A stretch of DNA of 63,563 nucleotides, the filler included, from Ginglymostoma cirratum (Eukaryota), in assembly GCA_024137785.1 (NCBI GenBank). It is 3 parts of 3 records of this genome, joined end to end, with 100 filler letters (N's around TTAATTAATTAA, not from the genome) between each part and the next. Parts side by side here need not be neighbours in the genome. Positions count along the whole stretch, not along the records: positions 1 to 30,152 come from JAHRHZ010000085.1; 2 more parts are not named here. One strand, written 5' to 3'. The first letter of the stretch is position 1. Every line of letters begins with the position of its first letter. The notes beneath the pieces were generated by a model that made no database searches, was not told the origin of the DNA, and saw only the letters and a program-made list of their open reading frames with translations. Below are positions 12,560 through 23,724 of the stretch, in pieces. The position numbers were made by a program, and so were the translations under genes.

Positions 12560-13525
12560 CTTTGGTCCAACCATCTTCAGCTGCTTTGTCAATGCCCTTC
12601 TCTCCATCACAAAGCCCGAAGTGAGGATGTTCACCAATGACTGCACAATGCACAGCACCATTCACAACACTTCAGATCCTGAAGTATTCCATGTTCAAAC
12701 GCACCAAGTTCTGGACAATATCTAGGCTTGGGCTGAGTGGCAAGTAATATTCATGCAACGCAAATACCATGCAATGAACGTCACAAATAAGAGACAATTA
12801 AATAAGACACTGCCTCTTGGCTTTCAAAAGTGTTACCATCACTGAATCCCCAACGATCAACACCCTGGGGTTACCATTGACCAGAAACTCAACTCGACTC
12901 ACCACATAAACACATTGGCTACAAGAGCAGGTCAGAAGCTCGGAATACTGTGGTGAGTAACTCAGCTCCTGGCTCCTCTAAACCTGTCCTCCGTCTACAA
13001 GGCACAAGGTAGAAGTGTGATGGAATCCTCCTCACTTGCCTGGATGAGTGCAGCCACAACAACACTCAAGAAGCTTGTCACCATCCAGGACAAAGCAGCC
13101 CGCTGGATTTGCACCACATCCACAAGCACCCACTTCCAGTACCACCGACGTTCAGCAGAAGCAGTGTGTACTAGCTCCAAGATACTCTGCAGAAATTCAC
13201 CAAAGATCCTCAGATGGCACATCCCAAACCGATAACCCATTCCAGCCAGAAGAACAAGGGAAACAGATTGATGGGAACACCATCAACTTCAAGTTCCCCT
13301 CCAAGCCACTCACCATCCTGACTTGGAAATGTATCACCATTCCTTCACTGTTGCTCATTCAAAATCCTGGAATTCCCTCCCTGAAGGCATTATGGATCAA
13401 CCCACAGCAGGTGGACTGCAGCAGTTCAAGATGGCAGCTCACCACCACCTTGTCAAGGGCAACTAGGGAAGCACAAGAAGTGCTGGCCAGCCAGCGATGC
13501 CCACCTCCCAGAAATGAATAAAAAT
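12560..13525 (+). mobile_element. 3' fragment of a second CR1-clade LINE family
   Basis: Degenerate RT (MFTNDCT at the FADD position; YKAQGRSVMESSSLAWMSA); tail agggcaactaggga...gaatga...aataaaaa shared with the SINE above. Confidence 0.75.
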
Positions 13526-13571
13526 ATTGTTGAAAAAATTCAGCAAGTCTGGCAGCTTGTGGAGTGAAAGT

Positions 13572-13753
13572 TGTCAGAAATCACAGAAAACCAGGTTATA
13601 GCTCAACAGGTTTATTTCAAATCAAAACTTTCAAAGCACGGCTCCTTGGTCACCTGAAAACTTGTGATTTTAAATAGACCTGTTGGACTATAAGCTGGTG
13701 TTGTGTGACTTCTGACTTTGTCTAGCCGAGTACAGCACTGGCATCTCCACATT
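13572..13753. mobile_element. Second Penelope-derived hairpin family, nested in another pLTR-like arm (about 13530-13800)
   Basis: Inverted arms (accaggttatagctcaacaggt / acctgttggactataagctggt); 10-bp TSD gag(t/a)gaaagt (13562-13571, 13754-13763). Confidence 0.6.
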
Positions 13754-13949
13754 GAGAGAAAGTAGAGTTAACGTTTTGGATCCAGTAACCCTTCTTCAGA
13801 GCCAAAACTCAATTGAACTGTTCGCAAGAAAAAAACTGCATCAAAGATACACATGAATGTAAATGTTGACTTTCTAAACATCATTAACATTCTGAACATA
13901 AATAACGAAATAAGCGTACACCAAAGCAGCAAATAGATATTCCAGCTGC

Positions 13950-14245
13950 CTTCTTTCACAATAGTGTGTCTGACTTTTGCTGGAAATGAGTTTGAAACAG
14001 AATGCACTTGACAAGTGTAACCTGCGTCACATTCAACTGCCTCCGACACCTCTAAGGTGCTGACCACCTCAAAGTCTGATGGTGTTTACTTGTTGTTCAT
14101 TTCTAAATCCAGTCAAGACTGTTGTATTGTTTTTGTGCCATGTAAAATTAAAGTCTTTTGGGTAAAAGGCAGATGTTCTGCACTACATAATGAAAGATGC
14201 ATCTTCCAATGGTACTGGTCACAATTTTCAGGGGAGCCGGTGAAA
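13950..14245 (-). pseudogene. Ig C1-set domain pseudo-exon
   Basis: ttcag| SPAPLKIVT ... IM*CRTSAFYPKDFNFTWHKNNT ... FEVVSTLEV ... YTCQVHSVSNSFPAKVRHTIVKE. Two frameshifts, TAG just before the first Cys, donor reads gcagct instead of GT. Confidence 0.85.
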
Positions 14246-14957
14246 CTGAATTGTAAATAATAGAATTCAGATAAATCTGAACATTACAATCCTACTCCAA
14301 AGCTTCAACGATTCAATGAACAAACCATCTGCAGTTTCAGGGCAAGGTTTTTGCATTAGCCGTCATTATTTGCTTGGAGTAAACGTTACGTTTATCACGC
14401 AGTGACCCCCACTTCACCTCCCCCGCCCAAAGCAATTGATGCACCATTTCCAAGTTCAACAAAATTGGTTTTTAAATTAAATACATATTAATTATTACAA
14501 ATATATTTGGGATGTAATTTTGCATCCTTCTCATGACAACCAGTTTGGAACTGGATTCTAGTTTGTAGAAGCTGCGACAGCCGCAGCCCAAATGATGGTG
14601 ACAGGAATTATGTTTTCAATGAGATACCGGGGATATTCAAAATCTACAATCCCGCTGATCATATTGGTATCTCTTCAAATTGTTTCCCGATGCTGAGATT
14701 AGAAAAGGAAAACGGGTAGCTTTGAAGTTTGGTATTAACTGACTCTGCACTAGATACATTCAATACAATTTTCAAATGAACTGCAAATGGTAATCTTCAA
14801 ACTCTGACAGTTCCTAAAAGTTTCTCAGATTGTTGACATTTTTATTCCAAAGAAGTTGAATATTCATGTGAAATACATATGTTTAGGAAAATGAATTTTA
14901 TCCATCGTCGTTGTTCGTAGCAGCTAAGACACCATGTTTGTCTGCGGCGACACATAC

Positions 14958-15269
14958 CACATGCCATAAGTTTCACAGCAGTTGCTTTCTGAACCGTTTG
15001 ATGCTGATACTTGACTACACAGTAATATTTTTCAGTGTCCCAGACAGTCACATTCAAAAGATTAAGGTAGGCTGCTTCTCCACCTCCAGTGAATAAATTT
15101 CTGCTATCCTCCAGCAGAAAGGTATTATTACCTTCTCTCCAACTGTATGCGACAATATTTGAATGTTTGATTTCGAAGAAGAAAGGACACAGCAGGACAA
15201 CGGATGAACCTCTCTGCGCAGTTATTCATTTATGATCCAGTTTTACCTTGGCTGAAATGCCCAAAGCAA
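14958..15269 (-). pseudogene. Ig V-set domain exon of a non-rearranging IgSF receptor (SIRP/NKp30/B7-H6-like architecture), one in-frame stop
   Basis: Manual translation: ALGISAKVKLDHK*ITAQRGSSVVLLCPFFFEIKHSNIVAYSWREGNNTFLLEDSRNLFTGGGEAAYLNLLNVTVWDTEKYYCVVKYQHQTVQKATAVKLMAC. B-strand Cys, C-strand Trp and LxLxNVTxxDxxxYYC motif present. Phase-1 acceptor (cacag) and phase-1 donor (G|gtatgt). TGA at 15226-15228. Confidence 0.85.
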
Positions 15270-15969
15270 CTGTGAACCTAAGATACTCGTTGAGATGAAA
15301 CATTAAATCCATGGAAGTGAGATTGGGTTTGGCTGCTCCTTTTTTCACCAGCACAGACACCTTGCTTCTCTGGTTTGTAAACGTTTTCTAATTTTGTGAA
15401 CAATCAGATGACTGTTGTTACAATAATTTGAAGGACGTGGGGATTTCGGGTGAAACTACAGCTACAGCCGTATTTAGAAGAAGAAAGTGGGGGACAACTA
15501 ATCCCCTCTGACTCCGATAGGACTGAAAGGACTAAGCAAGAGTGTCGGATTAACTTGTCTGAAATCGCCTTCCTCATTACTTTTCAACATCATGTCTTTG
15601 ACTCTCAGACATTGTATGTACAAGTCATTCTCTGTGATTCTTCTGTGTGGCCCTCTTTACCAATAACTCTCACTGAAGACATGATGTCTGTTTGTCTAAT
15701 CGAATGAAGTTAATTATCAGTTGGTATAGATTTGACTCTCTTTATCTTTGTACCAAGCCAATAATTGATCAAAGATAGTAACCAGGCACCACCATTTATG
15801 TACAAAAAATTCTGGAGATCACAATGGGTCAGGCAGCATCCATGGAGAGAAAGCAAGCTAATGTTTCACTTGGCGATGACACATTATCAGCTCAGAGCTT
15901 ATGAACCGTCATATAGACTCTCAACGTTAAGTGTCTTTATGAATACCTGCTAATAGCTGTCAAGCTCAA

Positions 15970-16280
15970 GGGCGGCACGGATTCTCAGTGGTTCGCATTG
16001 CAGCCTCACAGTGCCAGGGGTCCGGGTTCGATTCCAGCCTCAGATGACTGTCTGTGTGGAGTTTGCACATTTTCCCTGTGTCTGCGTGGGTTCCCTCCGG
16101 GTGCTCAGGTTTTCTGCCACAGTCCAAAGATGTGCAGGCTAGGTGGATTGGCCATGCTAAATTGCCCACAGTGTTCAGGGGTGTGTGTGTTATAGGGGGA
16201 TGGGTCTGGGTGGGATGCTCCAAGGGTTGGTGTGGACTTGTTGGGCCGAAGTGCCTGTTTCCACACTGTCGGGGTTCTAA
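15970..16280 (+). mobile_element. HE1-type tRNA-derived SINE
   Basis: gggcggcacgg..ctcagtgg A-box, ggttcgattcc B-box, gtggagtttgcacatt and ggtggattggccatgctaaattgcc body. Confidence 0.9.
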
Positions 16281-17383
16281 TTCTTATCAGTTTGTTTCCT
16301 TCTGACTTGTTATTATCCATGTGATGAAATTATCATTTAAGAGAATGTGGTTGCCGATCAAAAGTGTTGCTTTTTCTTGTGAGGTGCCATTCTCCTGAAT
16401 TTGTTATTGCTGCTGTCATCTCAGTAATGGGAAGTGGAAGTGTTCCAGAATACTTTGTAAGTGCACTCGTTGGCTAGAAGATAGACATTCCTGAATCATA
16501 ATATGGATCACCCATCTCAGAAGACAGACCCTCTGACTTGGTCCTGAATTCCAGTTATGTTACCCCTTCCTAGCAGCACATTGGATAGAAATGAACCATA
16601 TTGCCTGCCCCCATTCAAGAAGGTAGCTCACCATCCGTTTCCAAAAGAACTCAACATCAAAAAAAAGTGAACATCCTGTTTTCTTGCGTATCAGCCTATT
16701 CCCAAAGTGTATTTGTTGTTTGGGTGGAATACTGACAGTGGGAGTCGAGCACAAATTCCTAATGCATGTTGCCGATACTGACATCTGAAGAAATATTTTC
16801 ATAGCACGATGTGAAATTAAAGGCAAATAAAACTTATCAATGCGGGAAGGTCGTAAAAGGAACTTGTGTTTTACGGATTATACACGATTTCTTTTTATGA
16901 TTTTAACCAATTCCAGGCAAGTTGACAATTGAACTACTGTTTGATTGTTGATTATTTTGTGAAATTACTTATTGTATTAATCATCTTCCTTCGTATAAAA
17001 ATTGATTGAAAATACGCTTTAATTTCGAATGAAATGGATGATGATCATGTTATTATTGTAGATCAAATGCATAATGAAAACAATGGCATTTTAAAGTGTC
17101 TGTACTTGCTCATAACACAATCTTTCAAATGCCCTGACAGATATCTTATTAAATTTCCAGGACACAAATGGTAATCCCACCAATTGTGTCTCTCTGTTAC
17201 CAGAATAAACAAAACAGCTCTTGTTTGGTGAATTCATGTCAGTCATTCAAGTTGTTGTGACATGTACGTCATTGAATGTTACTGAAATAAATACACAAAT
17301 GTTTGTATCACAGACATGATAGCTTTTATTTCGGTAAAACTACTGATAAATAATAGTCACCTTGATAAATATAATCATCTTAC

Positions 17384-17445
17384 CACAGAGTGGAAGCTGA
17401 AAGAGTTCCAGTCATTTGAGAAGAAGAAAAGAGGAATCAGGGGAT
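17384..17445 (-). pseudogene. Candidate degenerate leader (signal peptide) exon for the V exon
   Basis: ...FLLLK*LELFQLPLC G|gtaaga: strong phase-1 donor about 2.1 kb upstream of the V exon with hydrophobic codons, but an in-frame TGA and no in-frame ATG. Confidence 0.3.
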
Positions 17446-17690
17446 TGTGGGTCAGTGAAAGTCAAGATGGACTAAGTTTAATAAAATAACAACTTAGGAG
17501 TAAAGTAACAAACAAGACTGGGAGTTTGATTTGATTTAACTTGATTTATTGCAGTCACATGTCCCTAAGCACAGTGAAAAGTTTAGTTTTGTGAGCAGTA
17601 CAGGCAGACAACAAACAAGCGCATACAGGGTTAACAAGCATGGGGATGGATGAACACAGCAGGTCAAGCAGCATCATAGGAGCAGGAAAA

Positions 17691-17724
17691 CTTGACGTTT
17701 CGGGCCTAAACCCTTCATCAGAAA
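17691..17724 (-). ncRNA. Minimal hammerhead ribozyme motif
   Basis: Reverse complement reads tttCTGATGAagggtttaggcccGAAACGTCaag. Confidence 0.7.
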
Positions 17725-18061
17725 ATTAATACAATAAGTAATTTCACAAAATAATCAACAATCAAACAGTAGTTCAATTGTCAACTTGCCTGGAATTAGT
17801 TAAAATCATAAAAAGAAATCGTGTATAATCCGTAAAACATAAGTTCCTTTTACGACCTTCCCGCATTGATAAGTTTTATTTGCCTTTAATTTCACATCGT
17901 GCTCTGAAGATATTTCTTCAGATGTCAGTATCGGCAACATGCATTAGGAATTTGTGCTCGACTCCCACTGTCAGTATTCTACCCAAACAACAAATACACT
18001 TTGGGAATAGGCTGATACGCAAGAAAACAGGATGTTCACTTTTTTTTGATGTTGAGTTCTT

Positions 18062-18095
18062 TTTCTGATGAAGGGTTTCGGCCCGAAACGTCAAG
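18062..18095 (+). ncRNA. Minimal hammerhead ribozyme motif (Penelope type)
   Basis: CTGATGA-a-GGGT-TTCG-GCCC-GAAACGTC: conserved core, 4-bp stem II with UUCG loop, palindromic ACGT in place of stem III, GUC cleavage triplet ending at 18092. Confidence 0.75.
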
Positions 18096-19007
18096 TTTTC
18101 CTGCTCCGAGAATGCTGCTTGATCTGCTGTGTTCATCCAGCCCCATGCTTGTTATCTCGGATTCTCCAGCATCTGCAGTACCTTTTATCTCTAAAACAAG
18201 CGCATACAGGTGCTTAGACACAGTGATCCATACAGATTACGGCTGCACAGGAGATGCATAAAGCAAGATCAGCATTAGCAGGATCAACATTATTTGAAGT
18301 TAGAGAGGTCTGTTCAGCAGTCAAGTAACAACAGGGAAGAGGCTGTTCTTGAACCTGTTGGTGTGTGTGTTCACAAAAAAATGACAAGAAAGAAGGCTCT
18401 AGATTTGAAAATGTGAGCATTCTGAAGAAATTAAACAAACTGAGACCACAACACACATTGATGTAAATAAGCATAATTAATAATCATTATAGAGATGTGA
18501 GAGCAAGATGACAAATATTGTGTACTGACTATTTAGGAATATATAGCAGTCAATACGAACAGGACACCAGGTGATGGAGGACAACCGTTGTCAGAGTTAT
18601 GAACGGTTAAAAATGACCATGGTCAAAAAACCACGATGAAGAATCAGTTTGGGTCGCAAAGAGGAACAGTAGCAGAAAGAATCACCAGTGGGATTGGTCT
18701 GGAAGGTAACGAACAGTAATCACAATGAGGGACAGAGTATTCCAGATGACATCTTGTGTAAGAAAGTAAAGAACTGCTGATGCTCGAAATCAGATACAAA
18801 AGCAGAATTTGCTGGAAAAACTCAAAAGGTCTGGCAGCATCAGTGGAGAGAAAGCAGAGTTACCAGTTTGGTTCCAGTGGCCATTCTTCAGAACAGATTG
18901 TAGGCCGGAAAAAGATTAGTGTATGTCCTGAAGTTGGGTTTGGAAAGGGAGGATCCAATTATACGCATTTCGAAAGTTTTTGTTTTGTATTTTATCTTCA
19001 TCTTAAT

Positions 19008-19235
19008 GGAGCAGCACAGTGGTTAGTGCTGCTGCCTCACAGTGCCAGGGATCCTGGTTTGATACCCCAATATGTGACATTTGCACATTTTTCCCTTGTC
19101 TGTTTGGGTTTCCTCTGGGTGCTCTGGTTTCCTCTCACAGTGCGAAGATGTGCAGGGAAGGTGGATTGGACATTTTACTTTACTCATGGTGTCCAGAGGA
19201 TATGCAGCCAAATGGCCTGCTTCCACTCTGACCTT
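19008..19235 (+). mobile_element. Degenerate HE1-type SINE
   Basis: gcagcacagtggttagtgctgctgcctcacagtgccaggga... Confidence 0.7.
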
Positions 19236-19369
19236 CAATAACTCTAATCTTGTTCCCTTGGATATATTCCTTCCATGAAGGCACCTAACTGCTCTGGCTT
19301 AAAGTTTGCCTTCAAACAGCAGACTGTTTCAGCCAGAAATCTTCCGAAGCCATTTGATGTCAACTGAGA

Positions 19370-20070
19370 ACCACCTTCAACCATGAGTAGCCCAAACATT
19401 TGCAGTCACTGAGACATGGGTAAAGGAAGGGCAGGATTGACAGCTCAACATTATAGGGTAGAGAAGTTTCAGGCATGATATAGGGCGATGTAAGTGAGGT
19501 TAGTGCATTATTGGTAAAGGAGAAGATCACTGCAGTAATGAGGGGAAAAGCCTCAGAAGGGTCTTCAAATGAGGCCATTCTGGTTGGAGCTTAGAAGTTA
19601 AAAAAGCTGATCCCTTTTCTGGGATTAAACTACAGGCCCCCAACAGTCAGAGAGAGATGGAGGAATAGGTACGGACACAAATCACAGAGTGGTATGAGAG
19701 GAATGGGTTCAGATAATCATAGCAGGTACAAAGTTTCTAACATTAACTGGGATGGCCTTAGTGTGAACGGATTGTATGGGTTGGAATTTTTAAAGTGCAT
19801 CCAGGAGAGCTTTTTGTGCCACTACACAGATCGTCCAACTACAGATGGGGCCGTGTTAGACCTAATCCTTGGGAATGAAACCAGGCAAATAAACTTTAAT
19901 TGGGCACATGTTTTTGGAATAGTGACGAGAACTCTCTAAGTTTCAAAGTCATTACGGGGAGGGAAAAGCATCATGCAGAAATGTCTGAATTGTGTGAAGA
20001 GCAAATTCAAAATCAGTAGAGAGGATCTGGCAAACAGTGACTGGGAACAGTTGCTTGAAAGTCCTTCTGC
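19370..20070 (+). mobile_element. Degenerate CR1 endonuclease-region fragment
   Basis: NINWD...EFLKCIQESFL...RPT..GAVLDLILGNE. Confidence 0.75.
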
Positions 20071-20458
20071 ATCCTTCAGAAGTATAGAGAGTGAAGGGGG
20101 TGTTCAAATAAGAAAAGATGGGATGGTATCACACAAAGGAGTCAGTTACTGCAATAAGAAGTGATCATATCCTGAAATGGTCTTCAAATGAGGCCTGGAG
20201 GTAGAGACAGTGGTGAGAAGAGCAGCCGCATTGCTCTGAGTGTATAGTAGGTCCTCAGCCAGTGGGTAAGAGAGAAGCAGGTATATACACATTTAACTGA
20301 GGTATGTAATCATAATGACAGTATTAATAATTTAAGAATGTTAGAGGATTTCATCTTCCCCAATATTAATTGCGATAATCATGTTGTAAACAGTTGAGAG
20401 GGAACAGAAGTTGGAAATCTATTCTGGATCTATTCAGGGAGGCACTTGTTGGCACCGT

Positions 20459-20772
20459 GGACGGCACGGTGGCACAGTGGTGAGCACTGCTGCCTCACAG
20501 CGCCAGGGTTCGATTCCAACCTCGGGTATCTGTCTGTGTGAAGTTTGTACATTCTCCCCATGTCTGCTTGGGTTTCCTCCGGGTACTCCGGTTTCCTCCC
20601 ACAGTCCAAAGATGTGCAGGTTAGGTGGATTGGCCATGCTAAATTGCCTGTAGTGTCCAGGGATGTGTAGATTAAGTGGATTGTAGGGGGATGAGTCTTG
20701 GTGGGATGATCTGAGGTTCGGTGTGGGCTTGTTGGGCCGAAAGGCCTGTTTCCACACTGTAGGGATTCTATT
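20459..20772 (+). mobile_element. HE1-type SINE
   Basis: Same diagnostic blocks; tail ctgtttccacactgtagggattcta. Confidence 0.9.
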
Positions 20773-21510
20773 CTGACAATTTTTTTTGACAACATATATA
20801 ATGTCTGACAAGGGTCAGGGCGGTGATGGATTTAATTCTGGGGAGCAAATCCGGCTGGTGTTTGAGATGGTAATGGGAGAACATTGTAGTAATACAGTCT
20901 GGTCCAATGTTTGTCGCAGAGAAGGAACAAAATGGTGCGCAAACAAGTTTTTTTTTGCCATTGTTATCAAAAATAGGCAGGATCTGCCCAAAATTGACTG
21001 AGAACAGCTACTTGTGGGTAAACCTACAGCAGATGGGTGGCGGGTGGGGGAGAGAGGGGGAAGAACAGCGATCAAAAATGAAATGGGGAGAGTAACGCAT
21101 TTTCGATGTTTGTACTGAAGTTCAGTGCTTGACTGACTTCCTCTTCGGTTTTCTGAATGAACTGGAATTTGGGCGGGATTCTGTGTGAATGTTATCTTAA
21201 TGGCATTATGTGATATCCGGTTGCAAATGTGTGCTCAGATTAATATCTGTTGATGAGCCTTCAGTACTTTGTCACAATCCTGTACAGATAGAAAAGTTCC
21301 TTCATTTTCACCATCATTTCACTTTTTGAATGTGCAGGCCTCATTTACAATTCAGTCCCATCTTTCATATTAAACAGAAAAGGGAAATGTGTGCATGAGA
21401 GACCAATAGGAGACTACACATGTTTCTGACTTTGCTAATGGCTAACTGTCCTTAGGCACATTCCCTCCATCTGCTAAATCTGTTGTATTTCTCATTTTCT
21501 CAAAAGAAAC

Positions 21511-22622
21511 TGAAATAACTGCACAGAGGCTGGTATCCCATCACCAAGTCCCCCTTTATTACCATGTGCACAGTACAATGGCTTTGGCCAGCCAGCTCGG
21601 AGTCAGCCTGAAGGGAGGAGATCCGAAATGTACTGTTTATGTTTTTTTGCATTTGTTTATAACCCCATATATACAGAAGGAGTGCTTATTTTCCCCAGCG
21701 CCCGTGTTGTGTGCGTGCAGGTGCAAGACACAGTAAAAACACTATTTGTGCAAATAAATTTATGAATATACCACCACCAGGAAAAACTCCCATGTGGCCA
21801 GGGAACCAGTGACAAGCAACGACCCCGCTGCGGCAATGTTCATGTGAAAAAAAAAGTGAAAGGGAGGGTCGGGACCAAATCCAAACAGAATTAGAAGGGG
21901 GGATGAAGCACTCCCCGCCCCACCGCGGTGTCCACTGCTCCCGAAAGACATCCAGAGTGTCGGTGCACACCGTGTACTCTTTTTCCAGCGAAACTCTAGC
22001 TCGAACATAGACATGGAAGAGGGTCAGACAGTCAATGTAAATGACCCTCCTCCACGGCCCGCTGCCTGGACCTGTTAATGACCAGCTTGGCCAGGCCCAG
22101 GAGTAGATCCATGAGGTGATCTTGTGACCCACCTGTACCCCTCCGCACCGGGTGCCCAAAGATCAGGAGCATGGAGCTGAAGTCCAGCCAGAAACACAAA
22201 AGGAGGGCTTTAAGTAAACTGAAAAGGGAATGCAAACGCCCACATCCAATACCTACATGGTCCACGGACTCCACAGCGCCACAAAACAGACAGTTGGGCT
22301 GGGAATCCCTGAACCACCGCAATCTGCAGTTACATGGGACTGCTGTGTGCAACACCCTCCCTCCAAGATCCCCGAGGGAAAGGGGGAGGGCTCCCGCGGA
22401 TAGAGCCCTCCACTGGGGATCCCCACCGCCAGGTGGTAAATGGGCATGGCAAGATGTGCCCCAGCGGCCGGTGAAGGAGAAGAGGTGGATGGTGTACAGC
22501 AGCAGTCTGTACAGGGTTTGCTCTGTTTATATTGGTCAACCAGGTCTCCCTGATTAGTCCAAGTTCACAACCTCAGTCAAGATCTCATAGTCAATAGGAT
22601 TTACCTGGTTCCAATCACTACA
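21511..22622 (-). mobile_element. Solo LTR (about 220 bp) split by the Tx1-like LINE
   Basis: Minus strand TGTAGTGA...TTATTTCA (TG...CA), TATA-like atataaa, AATAAA at 21555-21560, flanks gaaac / aaaac. Confidence 0.6.
21641..22522 (-). mobile_element. 5'-truncated Tx1/L1-clade LINE 3' end (CCHC zinc-finger region)
   Basis: CLFCGAVESVDH..IGC, LLLGLAKLVINRSR and RARVSLEKE..FREQW; A-rich tail; 8-bp TSD ctgtttat (21633-21640, 22523-22530). Confidence 0.85.
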
Positions 22623-23159
22623 AAAACAATCGATAAATTCTCCAGGCCACCTCAACTCTGACTTTCTTCTAACAGACACAGACTGTGTTCACACCTGAAT
22701 ATGCGCTCCCCTTAATTCTTCCTGACCTATTTCCAGATTTTGAGATGAATGGCAACAGAACAAAACTCCAGATGTTCAATACCCAGGCATTTATTTGATT
22801 CCCAGTTCCCTATTGTTTCTTATCTTCAGAGCTGAATTATTTGCTGTGGAATGCTGTCCATTTCCACTCCGTTATGTTTGGAACTATCAAGGAATTTTTC
22901 CGCTTTCTGCTATTTCTCATAATCATGTTGTTTCTGAAGGTCAACATAAGGAAACATCGTATCCATTCCCAAGTGTACATTTCAGGACACGAGACATAAG
23001 GTCATAATCACCTCATTCAACCCCACTGCACTGCACTGCCCTAACAACCTCAGATTGATATCCATTATTGAATGAGCTGACATTACATTTTCTCAGTCAA
23101 AATGTTTAGTCTCCATCAACAATACCTTTTAGGTATCACAGACTCCATCTATTTCGTTC

Positions 23160-23630
23160 GATGATGTTGCTAGGGTTGGAGTGTTTGAGCTGTTGGGACA
23201 GGCTGAATAGACGGGGGTCATTTTTCCTGTGGTGTCAGAGGCTGAGGAGTGACAGTATAGAGGTTTATAAAATCATGAGGGGCATGGGTACGGTGAACTG
23301 CCAAGGTCCTTTCCACAGGGTAGGGGTGTTGAAAACTTGAGGACATGTGTTTAAGATGAGAGGAAAACCTTTAAAAGTGACTTCAGGGACAACATTTTCC
23401 CACAGAGGGTGGTGCATGTATGGACTGAACTGCCAGACAAAGTGGTGGAGGCTGGTACAATTCCAACATTTGAAAGGCACCTCGATGGGTACATGAATAG
23501 GAAGGGTTTAGTGGAATGTGGGTCAAGTACTGACAAATGGGACAAGATTAATTTAATGACATCTGGTCAACATGAATGAGTTGCACCGAAGGGTCTGTTT
23601 GCGTGCTTTACAAGTCCATGACTCTATATC
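23160..23630 (+). mobile_element. CR1 3' fragment
   Basis: EVYKIMRG and TQRVVHVWTELP remnants plus 3' UTR. Confidence 0.8.
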
Positions 23631-23724
23631 AGGTTTTATACAATACTCGTGGAAGTCTTGCAGGGGATTAATATCAAAGAAGAGAAGAAAATCTGAAAAA
23701 TGTCAGATGACTGATGCTATTCCG

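Larger units (their letters stand above)
17630..18193. mobile_element. Composite Penelope-derived insertion: inverted arms enclosing captured host DNA
   Basis: Left arm about 17631-17724 and right arm about 18062-18192 are reverse complements over about 93 nt. Interior 17725-18063 is the reverse complement of 16643-16981. 17-bp TSD aaacaagcgcatacagg (17613-17629, 18194-18210). Confidence 0.9.

Noticed and set aside
15970-16040. tRNA-like A/B boxes as tRNA genes
   Set aside because: They are SINE heads followed by HE1 body sequence.
1473-17610. CACAGTG heptamers (about 1473, 3094, 3707, 17570) as RAG recombination signals
   Set aside because: None has an ACAAAAACC-like nonamer at 12 or 23 nt; the V exon has no RSS after YYC.
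16560-18068. Two near-identical ORFs MPLISHRA... on opposite strands
   Set aside because: By-product of the inverted 339-bp capture; no coding signal.
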